Both the position numbers and the translations under genes were made by a program. DNA of 32,000 nt, from assembly GCF_001457615.1 (NCBI RefSeq), contig NZ_LN831024.1, positions 810,001 to 842,000 on the forward strand, written 5' to 3'. The notes beneath the pieces were generated by a model, which saw only the letters and a list, made by a program, of their open reading frames with translations, ran no database searches and was not told where the DNA came from. The stretch is from Pseudomonas aeruginosa (GTDB lineage: Bacteria > Pseudomonadota > Gammaproteobacteria > Pseudomonadales > Pseudomonadaceae). This document shows, one piece after another, positions 1 to 9,005 of the stretch (the stretch's first letter is position 1; each line of letters starts with the position of its first letter).

Positions 1-104
1 AGTGCGCTACGGCAACGTCCGCTCGACGAAATGAGGGCGTTCCGCCGGACGCGGCCGGCATGCTAGAACGGACCTTTCGCCCTGGCCTGCGGAGGTCCTG
101 CGCC

Positions 105-527
105 ATGTCCCAGCCTTTTCTCTGGCGTCGCGTCAACGACTCGTCCGGTTTCGCCGAGCCGCGGGTGTTCATCCGTGTCTACCTGGAACCGGGCAGCATC
201 GATGCGGCCATCGCTTTCTACGAAGACCTGCAGGGCGTCGCCCACGACATGCGCTTCGACTTTCCCGAGAAACGCCTGACACTCGCCGCGGTCGGCGCCT
301 TCCTCCTGCTGGAGGGCAGCGACGAGGCGCTGGCGCCGTTCCGCAGCACCACCGGCACCCTGCTGGTGGACGACATCGAGCCCTATCACCGGCGGTTGCT
401 GGCCGCCGGTGCGCAGATCATCTTCGGGCCGGCGCGCGCGCCCACCGGCGCCTGCTTCAATGCGCTGCTGCCGGACGGCACGGTGGTCGAGTTCGTCCAC
501 CACCGGCCGCAGCCGGGCGAGGCCTGA
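105..527 (+). CDS. VOC/glyoxalase-like small protein (about 140 aa)
   Basis: This is the ORF-track frame 60..527. I prefer the internal ATG at 105 because GGAGG (91-95) lies 9 nt upstream. The composition is gene-like. The family call rests only on resemblance to VOC-fold proteins (FLLLEGSDE ... LLVDDIEPYHRRL ... IIFGP ... DGTVVEFVHH). Confidence 0.6.
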   Translation: MSQPFLWRRVNDSSGFAEPRVFIRVYLEPGSIDAAIAFYEDLQGVAHDMRFDFPEKRLTLAAVGAFLLLEGSDEALAPFRSTTGTLLVDDIEPYHRRLLAAGAQIIFGPARAPTGACFNALLPDGTVVEFVHHRPQPGEA

Positions 528-530
528 ACC

Positions 531-1169
531 TCAGCCCTCGCGCCGGGCGGCGCAATCGTCCATGGCCGCGCCGATCGCCTGTTCGCCGCGGGCCAGCAGC
601 GCTGCGCTGGCGCCGCGGATATCGCGGGCTTCCTTGTTCTGGCTGAGCTTGAACTTGCCGACCAGGCGGGTGATCTCGATTTCGATGCCGACGATCAGCC
701 GGAGCATCTCGTCGATGTAGTCGGCGGGGCCGTCGGTCATTTTCCAGGGCGTTTCCTGGGTCGCCTCGTGGGTGCGGGTCAGGCGCGCCACCAGGCCGCG
801 CACATAGCGTTCGTCGTCGCGGATCCGCACCCGGCCGTGGGCGTGGACCACCCGGTAGTTCCAGGTCGGCACCTGGCGGTGGTGCTCCTGCTTGCTCGGG
901 TACCACTGCGGCGAGATGTAGGCATCGCCGGCGCGGAACACCACCAGCACCTCGTCGCCGTCGCGCAGCTCGCTCCAAACCGGGTTGTTGCGCGCGACAT
1001 GGGCTTCCAGGGTGCCTTGCGCGCCCTTTTCCGGGCTCAGCTCGAACGGCAGGTGGTTGGCGTCCAGGCCCGCTTCGCCGTGGCTGACCAGCAGGCCCAG
1101 CGGATAGTCCCGGATCAGCGCGTGCAGCGCCTGCGGGTCGGACTCTTCGAAATGCGAAGGCAGGTACAT
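531..1169 (-). CDS. PaiB-family FMN-binding protein (putative transcriptional regulator)
   Basis: 212-aa ORF with ATG at 1169 and GAGGAG just upstream. It begins MYLPSHFEE...ALIRDYPLG and ends ...FKLSQNK, which is characteristic of the PaiB / pyridoxamine-phosphate-oxidase-like split-barrel family. Confidence 0.85.
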   Translation of the reverse strand: MYLPSHFEESDPQALHALIRDYPLGLLVSHGEAGLDANHLPFELSPEKGAQGTLEAHVARNNPVWSELRDGDEVLVVFRAGDAYISPQWYPSKQEHHRQVPTWNYRVVHAHGRVRIRDDERYVRGLVARLTRTHEATQETPWKMTDGPADYIDEMLRLIVGIEIEITRLVGKFKLSQNKEARDIRGASAALLARGEQAIGAAMDDCAARREG

Positions 1170-1196
1170 GTTCTGTTCTCCTCGGGGACTCGGCCC

Positions 1197-1916
1197 TTAT
1201 ACGCTGTCGGTGGGTTCCGTCGCCACGCACAGCAGGCGCGAGTCGGCGCGCATGCCGGGCATCATCAGGCGCAATTCGTCGAGCAGCAGGCCGCCCGCTT
1301 CGTGCAGGGCCGCCAGCGGCATTTCCGGCAGGCTCTCGAGGATGAACCACATGCGCTGGGCGCTGGCGTCCAGGCGGGTGCGCACGCCCTGGCGCCAGTT
1401 CCAGCGGCGGCAGGTGACGCCGAGGTCGTCGCGCCAGACCACCTCGCCGGGGTCGGGGGATTCGTCGACCGCCTCGCCGTTCTTCAGGGTGTCGAAGGTC
1501 TCGCTGCCGTCGGCGACCACCAGGCGCGGCGTGCCGGCATAGGCGGCGAGGTTCTCGCCGCCTACCGGAATGGCGAATTGCACGCTGATGGCGTTGTACA
1601 GGTCCACCACCGGGTCGATGCTCGGCAGCCCACCGTCGCGCAGCGCACGCTTGCGCAGGGCTTCGGCGGAGCAGGGGGTGCGCTGCGGCTTGGCGCCGAA
1701 GCGGCGGAACGCCTCGGCCCAGGCTGCCAGGTGCGCCTCGGCCCAGTCCGGTTCGCCACGCGCCAGCGCCTGGCAGGCGCGCTCTACGGCGCGGTCGGCG
1801 ATTTCCGGACGAACGATCGGCGCCGCCTCGACGGTGAGGCTCAGGGCGCGGAAACCGGGGGCGAGGGCGGCCACCTCGGCGGCGATGACGGGGAGGATCG
1901 GGGCGTGCTCGGGCAT
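1197..1916 (-). CDS. Stand-alone B3/B4 (PheRS beta-chain-like tRNA-binding) domain protein
   Basis: 239-aa ORF lying 27 nt upstream of the PaiB gene on the same strand, so probably an operon. The sequence (VDLYNAISV...PVGGENL...) resembles stand-alone B3/4-domain proteins. Confidence 0.75.
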   Translation of the reverse strand: MPEHAPILPVIAAEVAALAPGFRALSLTVEAAPIVRPEIADRAVERACQALARGEPDWAEAHLAAWAEAFRRFGAKPQRTPCSAEALRKRALRDGGLPSIDPVVDLYNAISVQFAIPVGGENLAAYAGTPRLVVADGSETFDTLKNGEAVDESPDPGEVVWRDDLGVTCRRWNWRQGVRTRLDASAQRMWFILESLPEMPLAALHEAGGLLLDELRLMMPGMRADSRLLCVATEPTDSV

Positions 1917-2217
1917 GGTCGTCTTCAGGGTTCGGTGAGATGGAGGGGGCGGGGCATTCGGCTTGGCCGGCGCGTAAAGCGGTAGGTGGATTTTCTACCA
2001 TCCGGGCTCCGCCCTCACCATGAAATCAGCGAATGAATTATTAGCTGTGCTGATGATCGGGTGGTCGGGTTCAGCTGCGCTAATGGCGGGAGCGCCGTTC
2101 GCTTGCCGGCGAAGCCGGCGCCAGAGCCTTCCGCCGGCCGGGCGGGGCTGGACAGCGAGGCGCGAGGGGCGCAGTGTTCGAGCGGTCAGAACCGCCACCA
2201 CCCGAGGTAGAACGCAG

Positions 2218-3861
2218 ATGGCCAAGGCAGCCGATGTGGTTGTGCAATGCCTGGAAAACGAGGGCGTGCAGTACGTCTTCGGAATTCCCGGCGAGGAGAA
2301 TCTCGACCTGCTGGAGTCCCTGCGCAAGTCGCAGATCCGGCTGGTGCTCACCCGCCACGAACAATCGGCCGGCTTCATGGCCGCCACCTACGGGCGCCTC
2401 ACCGGCAAGACCGGGGTCAGCCTGTCGACCCTCGGCCCGGGCGCCACCAACCTGGTCACCGCCGGCGCCTACGCCTACCTGGGCGGCATGCCGATGCTGA
2501 TGATCACCGGGCAGAAGCCGATCAAGAAGTCCAAGCAGGGCCGCTTCCAGATCCTCGACGTGGTCGGCATGATGCAGCCGCTGACCAAGTACACCCACCA
2601 ACTGGCCTCCGCCGACAACATTCCCTCGCGGGTCCGCGAGGCGTTCCGCCTGGCCGAGGAAGAGAAGCCCGGCGCGGTGCACCTGGAGCTGCCGGAGGAC
2701 ATCGCCGCCGAGCAGACCGACAGCCTGCCCATCCCGCCGAGCCTGAGCCGCCGGCCGCTGGCGGAATACAAGGCGATCTGCGCCGCGGTGGAGAAGCTGC
2801 GCGCCGCGCGCAGCCCGATCCTGGTGATCGGCGCCGGGGCCAACCGCAAGATGACCGCCAAGGTCCTCAAGCAACTGATCGACAAGACCGGCATTCCCTT
2901 CGTCACCACCCAGATGGGCAAGGGCGTGGTCGACGAGCGTCACCCGCGCTTCCTCGGCAACGCCGCGCTGTCCGCCGGCGACTTCGTGCATCGCGCGGTG
3001 GAGGCGGCCGACCTGATCGTCAACGTCGGCCACGACGTGATCGAGAAGCCGCCGTTCTTCATGGTTCGCGGCGGTACCGAGGTGATCCACGTGAACTTCC
3101 GTTCCGCCGAGGTGGACCCGGTGTATTTCCCGCAGATCGAAGTGGTGGGCGACATCGCCAACGCCATCTGGCAGATCGGCGAGGCGCTGGACGATACCGC
3201 GCACTGGGACTTCACCCGCCTGCTGGCGATCCGCGAGGCCAACGAGGCGCAGGTCGCCGAAGGCGCCGACGACCCGCGCTTCCCGCTCTATCCGCAGCGC
3301 CTGGTGGCCGACGTGCGCCGGGCGTTGCCGTCGCAGGGCATCGTCGCCCTGGACAACGGCATGTACAAGATCTGGTTCGCCCGCAACTACAAGGCACACA
3401 TGCCCAACACCGTGCTGCTGGACAACGCCCTCGCCACCATGGGCGCCGGCCTGCCCTCGGCGATGGCCGCGCACCTGGTCTACCCGGACCGGCCGATCGT
3501 CGCGGTGTGCGGCGATGGCGGCTTCATGATGAACAGCCAGGAACTGGAAACCGCGGTGCGGCTGAAGATGAACCTGACGGTGATCATCCTGCGCGACAAC
3601 GGCTACGGGATGATCCGCTGGAAGCAATCGAACATGGGCTTCGCCGACTTCGGGCTGGACTACGGCAACCCGGACTTCGTGCACTACGCCGAGGCCTACG
3701 GCGCCCACGGCCACCGGGTCGACAGTGCCGAGGGCTTCCTGCCGCTGCTGGAGCGCTGCCTGGGCACGCCCGGGGTGCATGTGATCGATTGCCCGGTGGA
3801 TTACTCGGAGAACGACCGCATCCTCAACGTCGAGCTGCGCGAACGCGCCCTGGCGGTCTGA
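2218..3861 (+). CDS. Thiamine-diphosphate-dependent acetolactate-synthase-like large subunit (547 aa)
   Basis: The N-terminus MAKAADVVVQCLENEGVQYVFGIPGEE is a typical ThDP-enzyme PYR domain. The ThDP-binding motif is GDGGFMMNSQELETAVR. The ORF-track start at 2020 adds an Arg-rich, non-gene-like 66 aa, so I use the ATG at 2218. Confidence 0.9.
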   Translation: MAKAADVVVQCLENEGVQYVFGIPGEENLDLLESLRKSQIRLVLTRHEQSAGFMAATYGRLTGKTGVSLSTLGPGATNLVTAGAYAYLGGMPMLMITGQKPIKKSKQGRFQILDVVGMMQPLTKYTHQLASADNIPSRVREAFRLAEEEKPGAVHLELPEDIAAEQTDSLPIPPSLSRRPLAEYKAICAAVEKLRAARSPILVIGAGANRKMTAKVLKQLIDKTGIPFVTTQMGKGVVDERHPRFLGNAALSAGDFVHRAVEAADLIVNVGHDVIEKPPFFMVRGGTEVIHVNFRSAEVDPVYFPQIEVVGDIANAIWQIGEALDDTAHWDFTRLLAIREANEAQVAEGADDPRFPLYPQRLVADVRRALPSQGIVALDNGMYKIWFARNYKAHMPNTVLLDNALATMGAGLPSAMAAHLVYPDRPIVAVCGDGGFMMNSQELETAVRLKMNLTVIILRDNGYGMIRWKQSNMGFADFGLDYGNPDFVHYAEAYGAHGHRVDSAEGFLPLLERCLGTPGVHVIDCPVDYSENDRILNVELRERALAV

Positions 3862-3871
3862 ACCGCCGGAG

Positions 3872-3901
3872 CGTCGCGCCGGCGTGCGTTCCGGCGCGAC
3901 G
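3872..3901. terminator. GC-rich hairpin shared by two convergent genes (candidate bidirectional terminator)
   Basis: CGTCGCGCCGG (3872-3882), an 8-nt loop, then CCGGCGCGACG (3891-3901), giving a perfect 11-bp stem. It sits in the 42-bp gap between the ALS-like stop (3861) and the porin stop (3904). There is no U-tract on either side. Confidence 0.5.
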
Positions 3902-3903
3902 GC

Positions 3904-5199
3904 TCAGAACAGCGACAGGTTGTAGCTGGCGATCAGGCGCACCTCGTCCACGTCGCGCGCCGAGCGCTCGAAGTCGGTGCGGTAGGTGGCGTTGCGCAGG
4001 CGCAGGCTGAGGTCCTTGAAGCGGCCGCTCTGCACGATGTACTTCAGCTCGATGTCGCGCTCCCATTCCTTGCCCTCGTCGCCGTTGGCCAGGCGGATAT
4101 GGTCGCCGTTGACGTAGCGGGTCATGAAGCTCAGGCCGGGCACGCCGACGCTGCGCAGGTCGAAGTCGTAGCGCAGTTGCCAGGAGCGTTCCTCGGGGTT
4201 GGCGAAGTCGTTCACCTGCAGGTAGTTGGCCAGGTACGGATTGCTGCCGTCGAGGTAGGGCATCGAGCTGGCGCCGTTCATCCGCTGCCAGCCGGCGCTG
4301 AGCGTGTGGCCGCCCTGGGCGTAGGCGAGCAGCAGGCTGAGGGCGCGGTTGTCGATCTTGCCGGCGCGGGCCGCGCCGGCGTCCTCGCTGTCGAACCAGC
4401 GCAGGTCGGCGCTCAGCTTGCCGGCGCCGACCTGCCGCTTGCCCACGGCACCGAGGTAGCGCTGGCGATAGACGTTGCGCAGGCCGCCCTGGGCGTATTG
4501 CAGCAGCAGGCCGTCGTTGACCTGGTAGTCGAGTTGGTAGGCGTCGAAGCGGTTGCCGGTGGTGTCGCAGGCGTAGCGTTTGTTCTTGCAGTGCAGGCGG
4601 ATGTCCTGGGCGTCGCTGGAGTCCCGCGCGGTGTAGCGCTCCAGGCGGGTGGCGGAGAACCTGAGCCCGGCGATCTCCTCGCTGGTCAGCTGGGCGCCGT
4701 GGAACAGGGTCGGCAGCAGGCGTCCGTCGTTGTATTTCAGCAACGGCATGTCCGGCAGCATCGCCCCGTACCTGAACTGTGTCTGCGAGAAGCGCATCTT
4801 GCCGGCAACGCCGGCCTTGGCGTACTGGTCGACCGAGCGACGCGGATCGTGGCCGCTGGAAGGCAGCAGGCCGCTGTTGCTGTCCGCGGGGCTGGAGTCG
4901 AGCTTGATCCCGAGCATCGCCAGGGTATCCACGCCGAAGCCCAGCGCGCCCTCGGTATAGCCCGAGCGCAGGTCGAGGATGAAGCCCTGCGCGGCTTCCT
5001 CGCGCTTGGAGGCGCCCTGCGGGTTGGCCGAGCTGCCGTCGCGGAAGTCGCGGTTGAAGTAGACGGTGCGCGCTTCCAGGCGCGCGCTGCCGTCCTCGAG
5101 GAAGGCGGCAGGGGCCGGGGCGACGAATCCGCCGCACAGGGCGAGGGCGCCCAGGCCGCGAAGGGTGCGGGGCGAACGGGGGGAAAACGGGGAGGACAT
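3904..5199 (-). CDS. opdN: OprD-family substrate-specific outer-membrane porin
   Basis: 431 aa with a signal peptide (LGALALCGGFVAPAPAAF) and the OprD-family N-terminal motif FLEDGSARLEARTVYFNRDFRDG. The C-terminus ends in F (YNLSLF). The symbol comes from recalled PAO1 context (PA4179) and is not verified. Confidence 0.9.
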   Translation of the reverse strand: MSSPFSPRSPRTLRGLGALALCGGFVAPAPAAFLEDGSARLEARTVYFNRDFRDGSSANPQGASKREEAAQGFILDLRSGYTEGALGFGVDTLAMLGIKLDSSPADSNSGLLPSSGHDPRRSVDQYAKAGVAGKMRFSQTQFRYGAMLPDMPLLKYNDGRLLPTLFHGAQLTSEEIAGLRFSATRLERYTARDSSDAQDIRLHCKNKRYACDTTGNRFDAYQLDYQVNDGLLLQYAQGGLRNVYRQRYLGAVGKRQVGAGKLSADLRWFDSEDAGAARAGKIDNRALSLLLAYAQGGHTLSAGWQRMNGASSMPYLDGSNPYLANYLQVNDFANPEERSWQLRYDFDLRSVGVPGLSFMTRYVNGDHIRLANGDEGKEWERDIELKYIVQSGRFKDLSLRLRNATYRTDFERSARDVDEVRLIASYNLSLF

Positions 5200-5435
5200 G
5201 CGGTGACTCTCGACAGCGGGGGTAAAAAAGCGCGCGAAGGTGTCACAGATGGCCGGCGGGGTCTTTGCGACCTTGGTCTAGCCGAGAAGGCGCGCACGGA
5301 TCGTCGGCCAGGCAGGCCTCTAGCGGGTCGGACGCAGCGTGCCGAAAGCGACGAAGAATCCTCCGCAGCCCCCTGTGAAACGCTGCCCCGCCCGTGCCAG
5401 CCTGATCGTCACGTTTGCGCCAGGATATCCGGAGG

Positions 5436-6179
5436 CTAGCGCTTCACGCAGACGAACAGGGCATTCCCGGAGCTGCCGGCCCAGGGCGTGATCCGTTCGT
5501 AGTCGTGTTCGAAGACCTGCACCTCGAAATGCGTCTGCAACAGGTGCTGCAGCTCGGCGAAGCCGAGGGCGACCATGGGGTGTTCGTCCTCCCAGGTCTG
5601 GGTCGTTCCGTCCGTGGTTTTCTCGATACCGAGGCGCAGCGCCTGGCGCTCGCCCTCGCCGCTGTAGTACCAGCCGGAACCGAAGGTGAAGCGGCTGCCT
5701 CGATGCTCCACGGAATGGCGGACGAACGCGCGATTGTCGATCTGCCCCTTGTCCACCGTGTTGAAACAGAACACGCCGCCATCCGCCAGTGCGCCATGCA
5801 CGCTGGCCAGGCATGCGCGCAAGCGCTCCAGCCCTGCGTTGTAGTGGATCGAATAGAGGAAACAGGTGATCAGGTCCAGCGGCTCGTCCACCTGGAAGCC
5901 GGCCATGTCCTGCCGGCTGAAGTGCGCTTCGGGACAGCGCTGTCGGGCGAGGTCGAGCATCGGCTGGTTGATGTCCAGGCCGGCGCTGCGATAGCCGAAA
6001 TCGAGGAAGTGCCGCACGTGAGGGCCGGTACCGCAGGCCAGGTCCAGGTGCCGCCGGCCCTGGTTGCCGAACAACTGGTGCAGGCGACGCACGCAGTGGC
6101 TCTGCGCCTGGTAGTCGATGTCGGCGCACATCAGGTCGTAATAGTGGGACAGGTCGGTGTACAGCGCGGTGGCGGACAT
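5436..6179 (-). CDS. Class I SAM-dependent methyltransferase
   Basis: Motif I is HLDLACGTGPH. I use the internal ATG at 6179 (MSATALYTDLSHYYD...) and reject the Pro/Arg-rich 25-aa extension in the track ORF 5436..6254. Confidence 0.8.
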   Translation of the reverse strand: MSATALYTDLSHYYDLMCADIDYQAQSHCVRRLHQLFGNQGRRHLDLACGTGPHVRHFLDFGYRSAGLDINQPMLDLARQRCPEAHFSRQDMAGFQVDEPLDLITCFLYSIHYNAGLERLRACLASVHGALADGGVFCFNTVDKGQIDNRAFVRHSVEHRGSRFTFGSGWYYSGEGERQALRLGIEKTTDGTTQTWEDEHPMVALGFAELQHLLQTHFEVQVFEHDYERITPWAGSSGNALFVCVKR

Positions 6180-6278
6180 GGGCGGCAAGGACCGGCGGCG
6201 AAGGGCGCGGCATGGTACCCCAGGCCCGGGCCTTGCCGGCGAAAAAACAGGCACCGGCCGGCGGATCGCGGGCGGACT

Positions 6279-6680
6279 TCAGTCGAAACGCGGCCAGTCG
6301 TCGGCGATCCTGCACCAGCAGGCCATCGATGCGACCTGGACATGCTTCTGTTTCGCCGCCGGGAAGGGCGTGTCCAGGCTGCCGAGGGCGACCGATACCC
6401 AGTCGGCGAACTCGCCTTCGCTCCTCGACCAGAACAGCGGCGAGCCGCAGCGCGAGCAGAAGCGCCGGAGCACGGCGGGTGAGGAGCGGAACGCGGCGAG
6501 CAGGTCGGCGCCGCGGTCGATGTGCAGGTCCGCGACGGGGACGCTGCCATAGCTGGCGAATGCCGCGCCATGGGCCTTGCGACACTGGCCGCAGTGGCAG
6601 TGAGAGAGTGCGCGCGGGGGCGAGGACAGTCGGTAGTGCAGCGCGCCGCACAGGCAACTGCCGTGGAAGGTCTGGCTCAT
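6279..6680 (-). CDS. GFA-family (glutathione-dependent formaldehyde-activating / CENP-V-like) zinc protein
   Basis: The Cys pattern is GSCLCG ... HCHCGQCRKAHG ... FCSRCGSPLF. The start is uncertain between the ATG at 6680 (preferred) and 6704. Neither has a good Shine-Dalgarno sequence. Confidence 0.8.
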   Translation of the reverse strand: MSQTFHGSCLCGALHYRLSSPPRALSHCHCGQCRKAHGAAFASYGSVPVADLHIDRGADLLAAFRSSPAVLRRFCSRCGSPLFWSRSEGEFADWVSVALGSLDTPFPAAKQKHVQVASMACWCRIADDWPRFD

Positions 6681-6822
6681 CGGAGGGCGTTCCCGGATTC
6701 GCAAAGGCGGCGAGTCAAGCAGCCCTCGCCACGCTTGTCGAGCGCCTCCTCCGGTCGCGGGCTGTCGGTGCGGGCGTCGATGTCTGCTAGGCTCTGCCGT
6801 TTCACCCTAGGAGTATTTCCCC

Positions 6823-7104
6823 ATGGCCCGAGCCACTGCCCGCCACATCCTGGTTTCCAGCGAAGCCAAGTGCAACGAACTGAAGACCGCCATCGAAGGC
6901 GGTGCCGACTTCGCCGAAGTCGCCCGCGAGCATTCCTCCTGCCCCTCCGGCCGCGACGGCGGCAACCTGGGCTCGTTCGGCCCCGGCCAGATGGTCCGCG
7001 AGTTCGACCAGGTGGTCTTCAGTGCGCCGCTGAACGTGGTCCAGGGGCCGGTGAAGACCCAGTTCGGCTACCACCTGCTGGAAGTCACCAGCCGCCAGGA
7101 CTGA
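6823..7104 (+). CDS. ppiC2: Parvulin-type peptidyl-prolyl cis-trans isomerase C
   Basis: 93 aa with AGGAG upstream. The sequence ARHILV ... CPSGRDGGNLGSFGPGQMVREFD ... QFGYHLLEV is a clear PpiC-type parvulin. Confidence 0.9.
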   Translation: MARATARHILVSSEAKCNELKTAIEGGADFAEVAREHSSCPSGRDGGNLGSFGPGQMVREFDQVVFSAPLNVVQGPVKTQFGYHLLEVTSRQD

Positions 7105-7148
7105 ACGTACGGCGGCGCATAACGCCCCTCTTCCACGCGCCGATCCAG

Positions 7149-7520
7149 GCGTGGGGCGAATAACCGCTGCGCGGGATAGACGGCGGATAACGCCGTTGGC
7201 GTTATGCGCCCTACCTGTCCCGGACGACGAAAGAAGCCGCACTTCCAGGTGCCAATCCGGGCGTGGGGCGAATAACCATTGCGCGGGATAAACGGCGGAT
7301 AACGCCGTTGGCGTTATGCGCCCTACCTGTCCCGGACGACGAAAGAAGCCGCACTTCCAGGCGCCAATCCGGGCGTAGGGCGGATAACCGCTGCGCGGGA
7401 TAAACGGCGGATAACGCCGTTGGCGTTATGCGCCCTACCTGTCCCGGACGACGAAAGAAGCCGCACTTCCAGGCGCCAATCCGGGCGTAGGGCGAATAAC
7501 CGCTGCGCGGTTATCCGCCG
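7149..7520. repeat. Tandem array of a 112-bp REP-containing unit (3 full copies plus a truncated fourth)
   Basis: Units start at 7149, 7261, 7373 and 7485, an exact 112-bp period. Neighbouring copies differ at 4 of 112 positions by manual alignment. Each unit carries the imperfect palindrome GGCGGATAACGCC-GTT-GGCGTTATGCGCC. Confidence 0.9.
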
Positions 7521-7546
7521 GTGCGCGATCGATAGCCTGGCTGGCC

Positions 7547-8935
7547 TCAGGGCGCGAAGTAGCGGGAGATCTGCGAATAGACGCCGCTGAAATCGGAGAA
7601 GTAGTCATTGCGCTGTGAGGTGGGCGCGCCGCAGTACGAGGGGCCGCCGTACAGGCCACCGCGCAGCTGGTAGGAGCCGTCGCCGGCGACGGTCAGCAGG
7701 CCCGAGCCGGACGAGCCGCCTTCGACCACCGCCGACGGCCAGTCGACGCGGGTCAGGGCGGTATGCCCGTCGTAGGTGACGCCCACTGCCGAGACGTTGC
7801 CCTGCGAGTACTTCTTGGCGTCGCCGCGCGGATGGTGGATGTCATGGCCGAGCGAGCCGTTGGCGATCGGCGTGGCGCTCCAGCCCTGGTAGAACACGCC
7901 GGCCGGCGGAGTGCGCTTGAGTTCCAGCAGCAGGGTGTCGCGCTTCGCGTCGCGGTGCAGGATATTCGCCCCGCCGGTCAGCACGGTGACGCTCTGGTTG
8001 ATGGTCGAGGCGTCGCCGTAGCACTGGGTGGTGTTGTAGAACCAGATGGTCTGCAGCGTCGCGGCGGTGGCCTGGTCCTCGATGCAGTGCGCGGCCGACC
8101 AGAACAACTGGCGCTTGGGCGAGTTGCCGTTGTTCAGCAGGGTGCCGGTGCAGATGTAGCTGCCGCCGTCCGCCGAGCTGGTGAAGACCATCTTCGCCAC
8201 CGCTGCGGTGGCGTTGTCGTAGGCCCGTGTGCCGCTCTGGGTCGCGCAGACCGCATCCACCTCGCAGCTGCCGCTGGCGCCGAAGCCGTCGCGGTAGCCG
8301 GCCTTGTACAGGGAGTCGGCGAAATACGATACCTGGGGTACCGACAGGCGCAGGTCGCCCGGTTGCAGGTTGGCCGGCAGCACCAGTTCGACGGTCAGGG
8401 TATCGCCCTCGATGACCGGGCTCCAGTAGGGACGGTTGAGCGAGAGGTCCTTGCCGCTGGCCTCGAAGATTTCCTTGCCGGCGCCGGCGAAGTGCAGCAG
8501 CACGTCGTCGGGCAGCGAGCCGCTGCGGGTTTCCAGGCGAATCGCGGCGCGCAGGCTGGCGGCCCCCGCGGCGCTGATCGGGAAGCGCGCGGTGTGGCGC
8601 CCGTCCGGGGTGTCGATCCATTCGAGGGTTGCCAGGTCGATTTCCGGAGTCGCCGTCTTCAGGCCCACGCCTACTTGCAGCGGCGTACCCGGTTTCGGCG
8701 CCAGCGGCGCGGCGCGGGCCACGCGGCGGGCGGGGGGCGCGGCGAAGTGAATGCCGGCCGCCGAGGTCGCCGCGTTGGGGTTGGCGAAGCGGGCGTGGCC
8801 GGTGCTCGCCGGAGAAGCCTGGAGCACGGCGACGTCGCCAGCCATTTCGCTCGCACCGGGCGCGGCCGAGGCCTGGCTCGCGCCCGCAGCCAGCGCGAGA
8901 ACCAGGCATGCATTCAGGTACGTTCTCTTATGCAT
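7547..8935 (-). CDS. piv: Lysyl endopeptidase / protease IV (secreted S1-family serine protease)
   Basis: 462 aa with a signal peptide ([14 protein letters not shown]), a long propeptide, catalytic-His context WSAAHC and catalytic-Ser context GGSSGSG. AAGGAG lies 8 nt upstream of the ATG. I recognise it as Piv/PrpL. Confidence 0.95.
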
Positions 8936-9005
8936 GAATCGACTCCTTCAGTTTGGGGAGGGCAACTTCCTTAATCGTTCGCGTGGCGAAAGATATGCAG
9001 GGGTG

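Noticed and set aside
1-34. Possible 3' end of an upstream CDS (frame 2 ends at the TGA at 32-34)
   Set aside because: Only 11 codons are visible, which is too little to support a call.
457-2001. 514-aa minus-strand ORF spanning the PaiB and B3/4 genes
   Set aside because: It is extremely Arg/Pro/Gly/Ala-rich and of low complexity. It lies out of frame over two well-supported genes. This is a typical shadow ORF of high-GC DNA.
2020-2217. In-frame 66-aa N-terminal extension of the ALS-like protein from the ATG at 2020
   Set aside because: The extension is Arg-rich and unlike any ThDP-enzyme N-terminus. The conserved N-terminal motif begins right after the ATG at 2218. I cannot exclude it formally without proteomic or ribosome-profiling data.
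2080-4010. 566-aa minus-strand and 587-aa plus-strand ORFs overlapping the ALS-like gene
   Set aside because: Both show the same shadow-frame composition (poly-R/P/G/A) and contain no recognisable domains. The ThDP-enzyme frame explains the region.
4099-5439. 446-aa plus-strand ORF antisense to the OprD-family porin gene
   Set aside because: It is Ala/Val/Gly-rich antisense translation of a clear porin gene, with no RBS and no family resemblance.
7149-7520. Possible CRISPR array
   Set aside because: The entire 112-bp unit repeats, with no unique spacers between short repeats, and no cas genes are present in the window. It is a REP-based tandem repeat.
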